DNA of 64,000 bases, from positions 19,840,001 to 19,904,000 of the forward strand of contig NC_043014.1 of NCBI RefSeq assembly GCF_006345805.1, in the 5' to 3' direction. Shown in pieces: positions 1 through 13,769 of this stretch. A model generated the notes under the pieces. It worked only from the letters and a program-made list of their open reading frames with translations. It was not told where the DNA came from and searched no databases. Every line of letters starts with the position of its first letter. Position 1 is the stretch's first letter. Position numbers and translations under genes: made by a program. This DNA comes from Octopus sinensis (taxonomy: Eukaryota).

Positions 1-729
1 TATGTTAGCAAGTGCTCAACTTACAGTTGAGAAAATGTAGATTTTCAGGTACCAGAGTAGAAGTACTCGAGAAACACGATTCATGCACGGAACAGATAAA
101 CAATGTTCTTTTGAAGTTTCACGTGTTGTTTTTAAAATGTCAGTTGCCTTCAAGATATGTACTTCTGTTTTAAAATCACCGAGAAAGAAAAATTTGCGGA
201 CAACAGCTTCGAATCTTACATTACGTATGTAAACTCACATTTGTACCAATAATTATTAGATCATTTGCTTATATTAGTGAAATCTTGACGCCAAGAATAT
301 GACCAGTTCGAAGGCATATTTCCAAATATAATATTTGTAAGAAGAATAGTAACACCATTTTCTAAACCAATACACAACACTCGGTCGTTGTTGTTGCTGT
401 GTAAACTCCAGCGATGGTGCTTGTTTGTTTGTTCGTTTGTTTTCTTTCTGTTGTTTGCTACAAAAGAAATTCTTATTACTGGGATACATGTATGTTGATG
501 CATACGTACTGAAATAGATATACATATGCATGTATATATTCATAGGTTTATATGTATGACGGCATGTTTGTATATACAAGATTACAGTGAACATAAGGAC
601 CAGTATTTGCAAGTGAACACTAAACAAGAAACCGCTGAAGTGAAACGATACAAATATGAAAATTTCTAGAGATAAAAACATTTGTTATCTCACTTCTGCC
701 GTTGCTGTACAGACGCATTTGGATTTGAT

Positions 730-986
730 CATCATATATATACAATGTGTGTGTGTGAGTGCTTGTATACATATATATGTACAAACATATATATATATAT
801 TATATATATATATATAATATATATATACATACATTTAAATATATACATATATAAATACTCACGCACACACACGCATATATATAATATATATATACACATA
901 CACACACACAAACATATATATATATAATATATCTATACACACATGTATACGTTTATGTTCTCTAGTTTTCTCTCGTTCACCCAGTA

Positions 987-1035
<49 letters not shown>

Positions 1036-1130
1036 GTGTGTATGTATTTATGTATGTATGTATGTATGTATGTATGTATGTATGTATATATGTATACACG
1101 CACACACACACATACACACACACACACGTA
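730..1130. repeat. Compound (TA)/(TG)/(TATG) microsatellite; representative of dozens of similar tracts across the window
   Basis: Seen directly; others at e.g. 6230-6495, 9710-9930, 11090-11340, 28150-28325, 42050-42480, 55080-55615, 56640-56730, 61050-61240. Confidence 0.97.
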
Positions 1131-1484
1131 CTGCCTCGTGACATAGAAATTATTTGAAACTCCAAAGTTAATTGAAATTTATCCATAAGCTAACCAAAGC
1201 AAATGGATTATGTTTTCCATAAACCACATCAGTATTGTTACTTCTAGTTGTTTACTTGCTTGCTGCTGCTGCTGCTGCTACTACTACTACTGCTGACAAC
1301 TATAATATTAACAGATGTAACAAGTGCTAATAACAGTCTGTGTAATAATGTAATGATATTTTATTCATAGTAATGGAGTGATAGCCATCAATGATCTATT
1401 AATGGCGGTTTCAATAATAATAGAATTGGTTGTATATGTGCAAATGAATGTGCTGTAATTATGATACTATAAAGACTAAATAAT

Positions 1485-1830
1485 GGTTTAAAATTTTGTC
1501 ACAGAACCCGCAGATTTTGGGAAAGGGGGAAATCGATTACATTACCCCAGTACTTGACTGGCACTTATTTTATCGATTGCGAAAGGATAAAAGGTCAAAT
1601 CAACCAAGGCGGAATTCGAACTCAGAACATATTGATTTCAAATTTTTGCACATGGCCAGCAACATCGGTAGTGTGGGTAAGTCGATAACATCGAGCTCCA
1701 GTGCCCAACTTGTACTTATTTTATCGACACCAAAAATGAAATGCAAAGTCAGCCACGGCGGCATTTGAATTCAAGACATTTTGACTGGCGAAATGCCGCT
1801 GAACCTTTTTCCTCGCATGCTAACTGTCCT
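1485..1830 (-). mobile_element. Degenerate tandem copies of tRNA-SINE family B
   Basis: Matches in-window family B motifs (ggcggaattcgaactcagaac, acttattttatcgac). Confidence 0.7.
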
Positions 1831-2428
1831 TCTAGATAACCATTTTCGTTTACAGAAGATAAAAGAAAAAAAAAACATGTAATAATGGAATTTATTTCAT
1901 GAGTATAAATATGTTAATTATCACTTCGATCTCATGTCATGTTCGTTTAGATGTAATACTAACACGTTTTGTGACAAACTTGATACTATTAGCGAGTACT
2001 GATCCCTTATAATCTGCGTTTACAGTCACAGCATTATCAACTTTGGGATTCATCCTTTTGAGGTTCAAACAAGAATGTATATCATCTTTCTGTTATTAAC
2101 GTTGTTGTTGTCGTAGTTGTTGTTTAAACAGAAGATATCTTTGATGAACAAACTGTCATCAGTTTCAACTTCTATCCCCCAGTTATGGCTTCAGTAGATG
2201 CGCATTATGCAAAGATTTATCCTTGCATATTCCTCGCCGGTACTTCTTAACATTGGAGAAATTCGATGAGAGCAATGATTGCAATGAGAACATGCACCGT
2301 CTGCTGTCAATAATGTCTTCAGGTGGAAGCTCGCTGTTAGCGTATTTATGTGTTACTATGTAGAGGGAAAGTTACTGCCAACCCAAACAGCCTAAACCCA
2401 AGAGTGCTCCAAAATATGATTGTGTCTA

Positions 2429-3669
2429 CACAGTAATGCAGGAAGTAAATAGACACCTTTAATTTTCGATATTTCCGATCTAAGCGTCTTAATATGTTTT
2501 CAGCGGTGTAGAATTTACAATGTAATTACTCTTTTTCATTCCAGGTGCCATTATATTAAACATTTACGAAGAGTAACCATGACATGCACAAAAAATTCAG
2601 CAGAACTGTTAGATTTTCGAAGAGGTCGTATTGTTGGGCAATCTGACGCTGGTCTTAGCCAGCGAAAAATTATCCGAAAATCTTCAAATTCCTCTTGCTA
2701 CGGTTGATAAAATTTAAGTGCAATTCAGTAGCTAAGGAAAAGAATCAAAATATTCTAGTCCCGGCCGACTTGAGCCCTCGGAAATGAAGCTTCACTGAAG
2801 AGAATTGTGGAAAACGAGCCCCTTTTGAAGGCTTCTGACATTGCAAAACAGCTAGAAATTAGTCTAAGAACATGTGTTACCTAGAAGAAAACCTCTCTTT
2901 CAACCAATTAATATCATGAAAAGAAAGAAATGGGCAAAGGAGATGTCAGAAAAATCCAGTTCATTTTCGGATAGAGTGATTTTCTCAAATGAACCCAGAT
3001 TTGCATTATTTTCGGACAGTGGACCTGTTAGGGTCTGGAGGCTTGCCAATCAAGAATTTGATTCGAAACGACTCTAACCAACTGTGAAACATGGCGGTAC
3101 CTCTGTAATGGTATGAGGAGCTGAAACCAGCAATGGTCGTTCTGAGCTGATCGAATGTGTTGGAACCATAAACTCTGAGAAATACATCGAAATAATTAAG
3201 CAAGGACTACTTCCGATGAATTCAAACGATAACATAACGAAAAATGAGTTTTTATTCATGGAAGATGGAGCTCTATGCTACACAGAGAAAAGGAATCAAC
3301 AATGGCTGACTGAAAATGAGATCAAAAAGCTTCCTTGGCCGAGCCAATCTCCTGACATGAACCCAATAGAAAATCTTTGGAGCATACTAGATAGAGCTAT
3401 ACGAAAAACCTAGACAGAAAACCTAAATCTAAAGATGAATTGTTTTGATTGTTGCATGAAAAGTGGGTAGAAATTCCACAAGACACAATCACAAAGCTCA
3501 TCAGTTCAATGCCAAAAAGAGTTTCTGAATTAAAAACTGCAAAAAGAATGTCAACTAAATACTAAAGTATGAAGTCCTGCCTATCGATTACATTTCAATT
3601 GTTCGCTTTGCGTATTAAATACCAGATTTTGAAAATTAAAGGTGTCTATTTACTTCCTGCATGTCTGTG
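2429..3669 (+). mobile_element. Tc1-family DNA transposon, full length, decayed
   Basis: ~39-bp terminal inverted repeats (CACAGTAATGCAGGAAGTAAATAGACACCTTTAATTTTC at 2429 / GAAAATTAAAGGTGTCTATTTACTTCCTGCATGTCTGTG ending 3669), flanked by TA at 2427-2428 and 3670-3671. Confidence 0.95.
2579..3565 (+). pseudogene. Tc1 DD34E transposase pseudogene
   Basis: Starts MTCTKNSAELLDFRRGRIVG; motifs VIFSNEPRF (first D changed to N), FMEDGA, WPSQSPDMNPIENLW with 34 residues between D and E; multiple stops and frameshifts. Confidence 0.93.
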
Positions 3670-3837
3670 TATGTGTGTGTGTGTGTCTATATGTGAGTTT
3701 GTGTTTGTTTGTGTGTGTGTATGTGTGTGTGTATGAGTGTGTGTGTGTATATTCTTTTATTCTTTTATATGTTTGAGCTCTAAGGCTGCGGCCATGCTGG
3801 GGCACCGCATATACATACACCTATATATATATTGCGA

Positions 3838-4020
3838 GAATTCACGAAAAAAACAAAAGATGAAGACAAGTGGTGTAGAAAACAAACAGATGTATTAGTA
3901 TAAAGCTCGGGTATTGAAAAAGTCTTTTACATTTCGAGCCTACGCTCTTCCACAGAAAGGAACACAAAAAGAAACAAGGAAAGAAAAAAATGTGTGTTGT
4001 GGCTACCGATGAATCATGGC
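3838..4020 (-). mobile_element. Penelope-like pLTR fragment with degenerate minimal hammerhead
   Basis: Minus strand 3925-3958 reads ttt-CTGTGGA-a-GAGC-gtag-GCTC-GAAA-tGTA-aaa; same layout as the motif at 58457. Confidence 0.55.
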
Positions 4021-4069
4021 GACTGATTTGTGCATATATATGGTCACCTTTAACACACACCTATAACTT

Positions 4070-4223
4070 GAAAATCTTTGGAGCATACTAGATAGATCTG
4101 TACGAAAAAGCTAGACAGAAAACCTAAATCTAAAGATGAATTGTTTTGATTGTTGCATGAAAAGTGGGTAGAAATTCCACAAGACACAATCACAAGGCTC
4201 ATCAGTTCAATGCCAAAAAGAGT
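4070..4223 (+). repeat. Local duplicate of Tc1 3' transposase segment (copy of ~3370-3522)
   Basis: Near-identical to 3370-3522; flanked by a duplicated ~29-bp sequence tggtcac(c/a)tttaacacacacctataactt. Confidence 0.9.
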
Positions 4224-4885
4224 ATACATTACAGGTATACGTGGTCACATTTAACACACACCTATAACTTTACATTTTCAACCACCTTTTATTTTTACCT
4301 TCATTTCATGTTAACCTTTACCCGATTACCTTTTTATTTTATTTTATTTTTTTTAATTATTTTTTTTTAATATTTTATTTCTTATTTTTATTTCTAATTC
4401 TTATTTTTACCCTTATTCTTACTTCTATTTTTACCCCTATTTTATCACTTTATATCTCTATATATGTCTATTTTTAGCTTTTTTTCCTTATTTACTTATC
4501 TATGTATCCGCTTTATGCTTATACGTGTGTCTGTGTATGTATGTATATGTATATATGTGTATGCGTATGTATGAGTATGTACCTGTGTTTATATGTGTAC
4601 CCCCTGTTATACTTTTTTAATAATTTTTTTTACATGCTTTTGTACATTTGTTTATATATTTTTTTAATACATTTTTTTAATACATCTTTTAATATCTTAT
4701 ATGTATACCTATATGTGTGTGTGTCTGTGTATGCAAGTGTATATGTACACGCACATATAGGCACACAGATGTGTGTGTGTGCGTGTGGATACGTGTGCGT
4801 GGGTCCGTGTGTATGTATGTACACGTGTGTGTGTATGTATGCACATATATATGTGCGTGTGCGGGTATGTGTGTGTATGTATATA

Positions 4886-4919
<34 letters not shown>

Positions 4920-6119
4920 CATATATGTGTATATATATATATATATGCGTATACATGTGTGTGTGTGTATATATATGTATATGTATATTGTCCGTGTATA
5001 TATATGTATATTCTGTTATAATTTTTTGCCCGCAAGTTTCTTACGTTCATGTCTACCTTCTGTACCCACTATAATTCCGTATCTTGCCCGTGTGCGAGAA
5101 TGGATCTTTTTGTTATACCTGTGTCTGTGCATATACATACTTTTGTGTATAGGCATAGGGATCTACTCCCCCATGTGCGTAGGTATGGGCGTGAGTGCAG
5201 GTGTATACATATTTTCTGCCCACACGCATAGATTCACTTCGTCTTGTGCATGCGTGTAAGTGCGAGTGTGCCTATATGAACGCATGTGCGTGTATGTATA
5301 TACGTACGTATGCGCGTCGGTTCGTGTACCCAACTAAATGCGCCTTTTTCCATATATAGCTGTATATGTTTACACGAGAGTACGTATGTATGCTTGTATG
5401 CGTGTAGTTGCGTATGCGTGCGTATATGTACGCGTGTATATGGGTGTATGTATCCATGCGTGTACGTATGTACATGATGACCACCTAATACGTTACGAGG
5501 AACTAGATAAGCGGTTTAACCAAACAACTCTAATTTACAATACACTAGGTCCCCAGACGCCCCGGTTGATTTATGACACCCACGGCTTCTACAACCAGAA
5601 TTTGTCATTTTCCTGACCACCATGTTGGTCCGTAACAACTTTATATCCCTTATCCTTATATTCTTTTACATTTCTATATTCTTATATCCTTTATATTTCT
5701 GATAATTTTAAAATATTTTTTTATAACTTTATATCTTTATATTCATTTATATTTTTTTATATCTCTTTATATCTTTATACTCTATATTTTTATATTTTTC
5801 TATACTTATATTCTTATTTTTCACATTTTTATATTTTTTTATCCTTCGTCCTGAATTCTCGCCCCTCCATCTTCATCCCTATTTACTCTTATTACCAGGT
5901 TCCTTCACGTCTGCCTGTATTTATATATGTATATATTTATTTATTCATTTATTTATATTACCTCAACATCCAAACTTCCTCATTCTACATTGAGAGAAGG
6001 ACGAGATGGACGCTTCATTTTTATGCTGTTGCCGCATTATGTCGTACGCGAATGAGAGGATTTGCATCCCCAACCTAGAATTTTTTATGTAATACATGTC
6101 CTTGAGGTAGTAATTGTGC

Positions 6120-6197
6120 GCGGCTGAAGAAGGCCATAGACACACATTATGCATTGTTATAAATCCGTCTAATAAAGGCCCGAAACATATGTACCGC
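6120..6197 (+). ncRNA. Minimal type-I hammerhead ribozyme, core intact
   Basis: GCGG-CTGAAGA-a-GGCC..TAGAC...GTCTA..GGCC-c-GAAA-CATATGTA-CCGC; stem I gcgg/ccgc, palindromic stem III ACATATGT, predicted cleavage after GUA at 6193. Confidence 0.8.
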
Positions 6198-6230
6198 TGA
6201 ATCCTTGGCATCATGTTTTTATTTTGATTA

Positions 6231-6263
<33 letters not shown>

Positions 6264-6272
6264 ATATATATA

Positions 6273-6314
<42 letters not shown>

Positions 6315-6575
6315 TATATATATACACATATATATATATATATTATATATATTATATATATATATATAATATATATATATATATATACATGTGTGTGTGT
6401 GTGTGCGTGTAAGCACAAACAAACATATATATATATATATATATATTTTACACACATACATATATATAATATATATATATATATATATGCATATATATGT
6501 TTTGTAGATGTATGTACGTATATATTATTCAACTACAAACACAATCAGTCACGCGCGTTCGCATACACACATATG

Positions 6576-7350
6576 TACAGTGTGCCGTTCTGATATTGGT
6601 AAGATCAACACAACAAATATTTCATCCAAAGAGAAATGAATATCGTTTGATAAACACAGGACTTAAACAAGCATGAAATATTGCGGCGTAGCACAGGAAA
6701 TGCCATAATAATTACTGCTGAGATTGCGAAACATCGATAGTATTTTACCAGGGTAACTATGTTGATACTAATTTAGAATAAAATTTAATTTAACCTTGTT
6801 TTTTAATACACATCGTTATGAAGCAGAGACCTCGGCCTATAGATTACGCTAATGGCTTTGTTTTAAATGTTTACCCTTGCGCATTTTGGCTCCCAAATTC
6901 AAGATGTATATTTTGGGAAACGAAAACAAAGAAAGGAAACTCCTTGCAATATCCTCGAAGCATTTGACCACTGAACTTTCAATCAGTATACACCTCAATA
7001 GTGATTCTTATGTTTTTTAGGTGAAGAGAACCTCGAAAAGAGGAACCTGAGGACGACTTATGGCATTTGATAACAAACTGGGAGCCGTTATAAAAACGTG
7101 TCTAAGTTAAAATCTACGTAAGGTGTTCCAGAAGAAATAAACATCGAACATTTAATTTGTACAACAATTAGAGCACAGCTAATGAGAAAGGCAAAAGCTT
7201 TTAACCAGCGTGAGCCGCAGTGGCTACAGAAAAATATCACTTTCACAAAAAAAGACTGCATCAGAGATGGTCATGCAAACAGTTCCGTGATCAGCAACTG
7301 AACATATTCACAGTTAGGCCTTGAATAAATTTTTTGGTCCAGCAGAGTGT
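6576..7350 (+). mobile_element. Possible very old Tc1-like remnant
   Basis: TA-CAGTGTGCC end-like motif at 6576 and weak transposase-like composition near 7200-7310; no second TIR found. Confidence 0.2.
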
Positions 7351-7364
7351 CTCATAACTATACT

Positions 7365-7742
7365 TATTTCTTTATTGTCCACAAGGGGCTAAACATAGGA
7401 TAGACAAAGACAGACAAACGGATTAAGTCGATTCCATCGACCCCAGTGAGTAACTGGTGGTTAATTTATCGACTCCGAAAGGCCGAAAGGCAAAGTCGCC
7501 CTCGGCGGAATTTGAACTCAAAACGTAACGGCAGACGAAATACATATTTCTTTACTACCCACAAGGGGCTAAACACAGAGGGGACAAACAAGGACAGACA
7601 AACAGATTAAGTCGATTATATCGACCCCAGTACGTAACTGGTACTTATTTAATCGGCGGAATTTTAACTTAGAACGTAACGGCCGACGCAATAACGCTAA
7701 GCATTTCGCCCGGCGGGCTAACGTTTCTGCCAGCACGCCGCT
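7365..7742 (-). mobile_element. tRNA-SINE family B, tandem dimer
   Basis: Head ggcgtgctggcagaaacgttagc at the right end; two units joined at gacgaaata-c-tatttctttactacccacaagggg. Confidence 0.9.
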
Positions 7743-7866
7743 AACTATACTATAACACAGTTTGTACTGGGTTGTGTATTGCTAGTAGCGTTCACAAGCA
7801 ACACATATATGTGTATGTGTACACACAAACACAAACACACACACACATCCACCCCACCCCATATAG

Positions 7867-7899
<33 letters not shown>

Positions 7900-7902
<3 letters not shown>

Positions 7903-8040
7903 CGGGCTTGTTTCAGGTTTCTGTCCACCAAATCCATTCACAAGGCTTTGGTCGGCTCGGCGCTAAAGTAGAAGGCACGAAGTAGGACTGAATCCGAAAT
8001 CCTGTGGCTGGGAAGCAAACTTGTTACCACTAAGCCAAGC
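7900..8040 (-). mobile_element. tRNA-SINE family A, partial
   Basis: Matches the full copy at 8263-8671. Confidence 0.75.
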
Positions 8041-8262
8041 ATGAATGATAACATTTTTCATAGATAATATATGTGCTTATAATGGTAAAAAAAATTTAAA
8101 GCAATACTTTTAGATCATGTGGTAAAATTACTTGTATGTGAATACGTTAGCCTAGGATTAACACAATGAATGTTTCTTAGTTGCATCCTGATGCTAGGTG
8201 ATGTTGAGTAGAGAGAAAATGAGCCTGAAAGGGCGTTTGAACCTTGCTTAATTCTCTTTGCT

Positions 8263-8671
8263 CTTTACTCTTTTACTTCTTTCAGTCATTTGACTGTGGC
8301 CATGACGGAGCACCGCCTTTAGTCAGTCAAATCGATCCCAAGACTTATTCTTTATAAGCCTAGTACTTATTCTATCGGTCTCTTTTACCGAACCGCTAAG
8401 TTACAGGGACGTAAACACACCAGCATCGGTTGTCAAGCGATGTTGGGAGGACAAACACAGACACACAAACATATACACGCATACATATATACATATATAT
8501 ACATATATACGACGGGCTTCTTTCAGTTTCCGTCTACCAAATCAACTCACAAGGCTTTGGTCGGCTCGAGGCTATAGTAGAAGAGATTTATCCAAAGTGC
8601 CACGCAGTGGAACTGAATCCGGAACCATGTGGTTCGTAAGCAAGCTACTACCACACAGCCACTCCTACGCC
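8263..8671 (-). mobile_element. tRNA-SINE family A (CORE-like), full length
   Basis: Head ggcgtaggagtggctgtgtggtag with B-box-like ggttccggattcagt, internal (TA/CA) tract, aagtaaaagagtaaa tail; resembles known octopus tRNA-derived SINEs. Confidence 0.9.
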
Positions 8672-9529
8672 TTACTAAAGAATATCATAAGAAATAGAAT
8701 CACAAGGTGATAATTCAAAGGTTGTAAAATCGTTACATATCAAGAAATAAACAGATCAGACGGACTGAATGTAAGAAAATTGCGCGTATACAAAATATAA
8801 TGTAATCATACAATATTACACATACATATGCAAAATAAAACTGACGATGAACTGAAATCTCGTAATTTATTGCCGTCTGCGATAATTTTGATGACTCTCA
8901 CTATAAATTCTCGATAAAATAGAATTTCAGTCTGCGGGGCAAGGCAAATGAAGCGTATTTGATTGAACCGATTCCCCACCCCCACCCACCAATCGACCCC
9001 CCCACACACATATATATACTGGAAATCTCTTCAAACGAAGGTGCAAGCGACCAGCAATAAAACAAGCCGCAAGCAAACTACTTACTACATTGGGAATTAC
9101 ACAATAAAAGCGAAGGAAAAAAAGTTCTATATATTCATTTACGTCTTTTTGATGAAGCACACCAACGCGTATGTATTTATCTGCACACAGATATGCTTAT
9201 CTATCAGCTACCAACCTATCTATCTTATCTACTTATATTCAGTTATTAGTTTTCAATCATAAGCCTAAACATTGTATGTGCGTGTGCGCGTGTTTGTTCA
9301 TCAAAAAGCATCAGGTTAATGACATGTACGCTATTAAGATATGCACAGAGTGCAACCTACATTCATGCATGCATTAAAACACAGATAATGACGTTAACGA
9401 TGTCGACGATGATAACGTTGATGATTTTTTTTTTTATCATGATGATAGGAGAATGATGGCGCACATACGATGATTCTTCCACACATACTCACAGACACAC
9501 ATTAGAGTACAGTTCATATAGTCTTTCAT

Positions 9530-9706
9530 TCTTTTATTCTTTTACTTGTTTCAGTCTGTTGGATCACCGCTTATAGTCGAAGAAATCTACCCCAGGACTT
9601 AGTCTTTGTAAGCGTAGTACTTATTCTATCGGTCTCTTTTTTGCCGAACCGCTAGTTAACGGGGACGTAAACATACCAACCTACGTTATCAAGCGATGGC
9701 ATTTGA

Positions 9707-9740
<34 letters not shown>
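9530..9740 (-). mobile_element. SINE family A, 3' half
   Basis: Matches 8263-8470. Confidence 0.8.
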
Positions 9741-9746
<6 letters not shown>

Positions 9747-10661
9747 TACATACATACATACATACATACATACATACATAAAAGTATACATACATTCTGT
9801 AAAACTTTCCAGAAAGTTATCATTTATATATATATGAACAATGTGCATGAGAATACATACATACATAAAGGATACAAATCTGCACATAGATACATACATA
9901 CATACATACATACATACATACATACATACATGCAAACAAAAATACCCTGTTGCGGATGTTGAAAGCCCAATGAAGAAACCTTGGATTTAGGTTAGAAACC
10001 GGTTCTTTCTCTATTGGCAAGAAATCTTGAAATAAACTGTATAATGACAAACATTTCTTTGTTTTTAAATTACGACGACACAAGCACTACTTTCTTGCTA
10101 CCGCTTTTATTTCCTTTCCAATTCCCTACTTTTATGGTAAATCAAACCTCATTCTAAATCAACACTTCAGTAAGAATTATTCCCTTTTCATTTTGTTAAA
10201 AGTAAGTGATAGCTTTTGAAATGACGAGGTCCTTTTGTCCATATATTACAATTAATGTGTTAAAGTAATTTCAAAATGGAAGGACTTCGACAAACAGCGG
10301 AAAGGTTTCATAGAAACGAACTCTTTGAACAATGTAAAATATAAAAGACGGACGCGAGAGGGATCAAAAGCGGAATACTCACTGGTTCTTTTTAAAATCT
10401 ACGTCATTGATACGTAGAAATATAACATTAAGTAGGAAGAAGCTCAGATACTCAGGATAGAATGTACGTACGTGCGTGCCTCTTTGTGTTTGTGGGTGTG
10501 AAAGATATCTACACCGTTGCAGTCAAACAAAACGTGCTCGCTCTACTATGGTTAACACCAAATGAGAACGAACCTGCAGCCATGGGATTTAACAACCGAG
10601 ACGTGCTCAGTTGCATACGCACACTCACACACATATGTACATATCATACGAACATATATGT

Positions 10662-10700
<39 letters not shown>

Positions 10701-11095
10701 CATTGGAGACGGCATCTACATGGCATGAGAGAATAAAAGGGAGTGAAGAAAAAAATGAGTGAGAAAAAATAGATCGGCAGACTGAAGGAATGGGGCCAGG
10801 GAAAGGGAGAGACCAACCTAATCTCGTACTGAAATGAAAAACCTGTTTCTTACAAGCGTAAAAAAAACTACTTTATTCCTGTGTCAATTGGTGAATCGAT
10901 AAAAAAAATACACTCACACACACACACGCACACACACACACACACACACATACGTACAATCATGCATACATATAGGTACATACACACATATCTATATACA
11001 TTCATGTAAATTATACATACACGCATATATATGAATGTATCTCGTATATTTATATATGTGTGTATTTAATATTTATTGACATATATACCTATATA

Positions 11096-11175
<80 letters not shown>

Positions 11176-11285
11176 ACATTATACATACATATACATATCT
11201 ATGTGTGTGCATATATATGCATACACATATATACGAATTCGTACACACACAGACACACGACACACCACACACACACCAACACACA

Positions 11286-11336
<51 letters not shown>

Positions 11337-11784
11337 GATACATATAAATAGTCAATAGACTATATACTAATTTTATACTAATTTTTCTACACGCTCGGCC
11401 ACAGGTAATAGAAATTTTAAAAATCTTTATTACCCTGATATTATTAATTATATACATATAAATATATAGGAATATATAGATAGATATATAGATAGATAGT
11501 TATACATTCACATTTGCGTATGTCTGCATTTGTGTACCTATGTGTTCCCATCCACATTTCGTGTTCAATATCGATTCCTAATGTGACACAGGAATGGAAC
11601 TTTTTCCTTTTATTTTTCCATTCACTTAGCAGGAAATGTGTAGTTAGATTTCAAGTGGAATTGCGTTCCATTTTCTGATTCTTTTCACTCCAAACATTCC
11701 TTTTTTTCCCTATTTCTTTCACTTTCATTTACCTCTTTTTCTCAGTTTCTGCGAAAGAGATGCACATACACACGCACAAACACG

Positions 11785-11822
<38 letters not shown>

Positions 11823-11845
11823 TCCTCTCCTCTCCCTCCTCTCCC

Positions 11846-11876
<31 letters not shown>

Positions 11877-11898
11877 CATATATCTCGATATATATATA

Positions 11899-11941
<43 letters not shown>

Positions 11942-12079
11942 TATAATACCCAGTGTGATATTCATGGAGATTTTAAGGTGGTAATAGTGTCTGTTGGCGT
12001 CTATTTTTTTCCAGCGCGTGGAGTGGCTTATAGTCAATCCCTTGTTATAATTATGTATATAATTATAATATATATATAC

Positions 12080-12114
<35 letters not shown>

Positions 12115-12141
12115 TGTGTGTGTGTGTGTGAGTGTGTGTGA

Positions 12142-12465
12142 AGGCACATGGTTTAGTGGTTAGAGCGTCGAGCTTACGATCGTGAGGTTGTGAGTTCGGA
12201 ACCCGGACCGAGCTGCGTGTTGTGTTCTTGAGAAAGACACTTTATTTCACGTTGCTCCAGTTAACTCAGCTGTAGAAATGAGCTGCGACGTCAGAGGTAC
12301 CAAGCTGTATCGGCCTTTGCCTTTCCCCTGGATAACATCGGTGGCGTAGAGAGGGGAAGCCGGTATGTATGGGCGACTGCTGGTCTTCCATAAACAACCG
12401 GACTTGTGCCTCGGAGTGTAACTTTCTAGGTGCAATCCCATGGTTATTCATGACCGAAAGGGGTT
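12142..12465 (+). mobile_element. tRNA-derived SINE family E
   Basis: A box tggtttagtggttaga, B box gagttcggaaccc, CORE-like gtgttcttgagaaagacactt; degraded relative near 49835-49990. Confidence 0.8.
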
Positions 12466-12724
12466 ACAATATATATATATATATATGCTGCTACACAGCA
12501 AGATAGATACATCATTATTGTTACTGCTAGTGCTAGATACATCTACATATGTTTTAGCTTTTTCCTGATTAATAGTTTGGAATGCGATCATGCTTGGGCA
12601 CCGATTGGAAAGTCGGACAAATTGACTCAGTAATATTTACATACATATAGTGATACATATATATACTTATATATGTGGTGTGGGCATTCTTTTATTTGTT
12701 GGTATTTGTATTAGTGATTTGTCG

Positions 12725-13510
12725 GAGGCCATGCTGAAGAACCGCCTTTAGTCGAACAAATCGACCCCAGGACTTATTCTTTGTAAGCCTAGTACTTAGA
12801 ATAAATAGTATCTACCTCTTTTGCCGAACCGCTACGTTACGGGGAGGTAAACACACCAACATCGGCTGTGAAGCGATGGTGGGGTGACAAATACAGACAC
12901 ACCATTATATTCATATATATATCTATGTATACGACAGTCTTCTTTCAGTTTCCATCTACCAAATCCATTTACAAGGCCTTCGGAGGCCTGAGGCTATAGT
13001 AGAAGACATTTGCCCAAGGTGCCACGTAGTGCGACTGTACCTGGAACCATGTGGTTGGGAAGTAAGCTACTTATTTTTTTATTGCCCACAGGGGCTAAAC
13101 ATGAAGGGGACAAACAAGGACAGACAAAGGAATTAAGTCAATTACATCAACCCCAGTGCTTAACTAGTACTTAATTTATAGACCCCGAAAGGATGAAAGG
13201 CAAAGTGACCTCGGCGAAATTTGAACTCAGAACGTAGCGGCAGACGAAATACCTATTTCTTTACTGCCCACAAAGGGCTAAACATAGAGAAGACAAACAA
13301 GGACAGACAAGCGGATTAAGTCGATCATATCGACCCCAGTGCGTAACTGGTATTTATTTAATCGACCTCGAAAGGATGAAAGGCAAAGTTGACCTCGGCG
13401 GAATTTGAACTCAGAACGTAACGGTAGACGAAATACCGCTAAGCATTTCGCTTGGCGTGCTAATGTTTCTGCCAGCTCGTCACCTTCCTACCACACAGTC
13501 ACGCCTGCGC
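12725..13510 (-). mobile_element. SINE family A interrupted by a family B dimer (13075-13487)
   Basis: Family A breaks after aagctactta (~13073) and resumes ctaccacacagtcacgcctgcgc (13488-13510). Confidence 0.88.
13075..13487 (-). mobile_element. SINE family B, tandem dimer
   Basis: Same two-unit structure and junction as 7365-7742. Confidence 0.9.
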
Positions 13511-13698
13511 TTATGGCCACAATCAACTAAGTGAAAGAACATATATATTTAGCTTACCTAAATTTTCGCTGATGCTTAAATATTGCTTCGCGCTAATACT
13601 TCTTTTTATAAACATGCTCAACACGTGCGCGTGCACGCACACACACATATGCATATACATACATATAAATTGATATGCTGTATATGGGTGTATGTATG

Positions 13699-13769
<71 letters not shown>

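Noticed and set aside
8841-8870. CTGACGA-tgaact-GAAA-tctcGTA hammerhead-like string
   Set aside because: No stem II and no convincing stem I; likely chance
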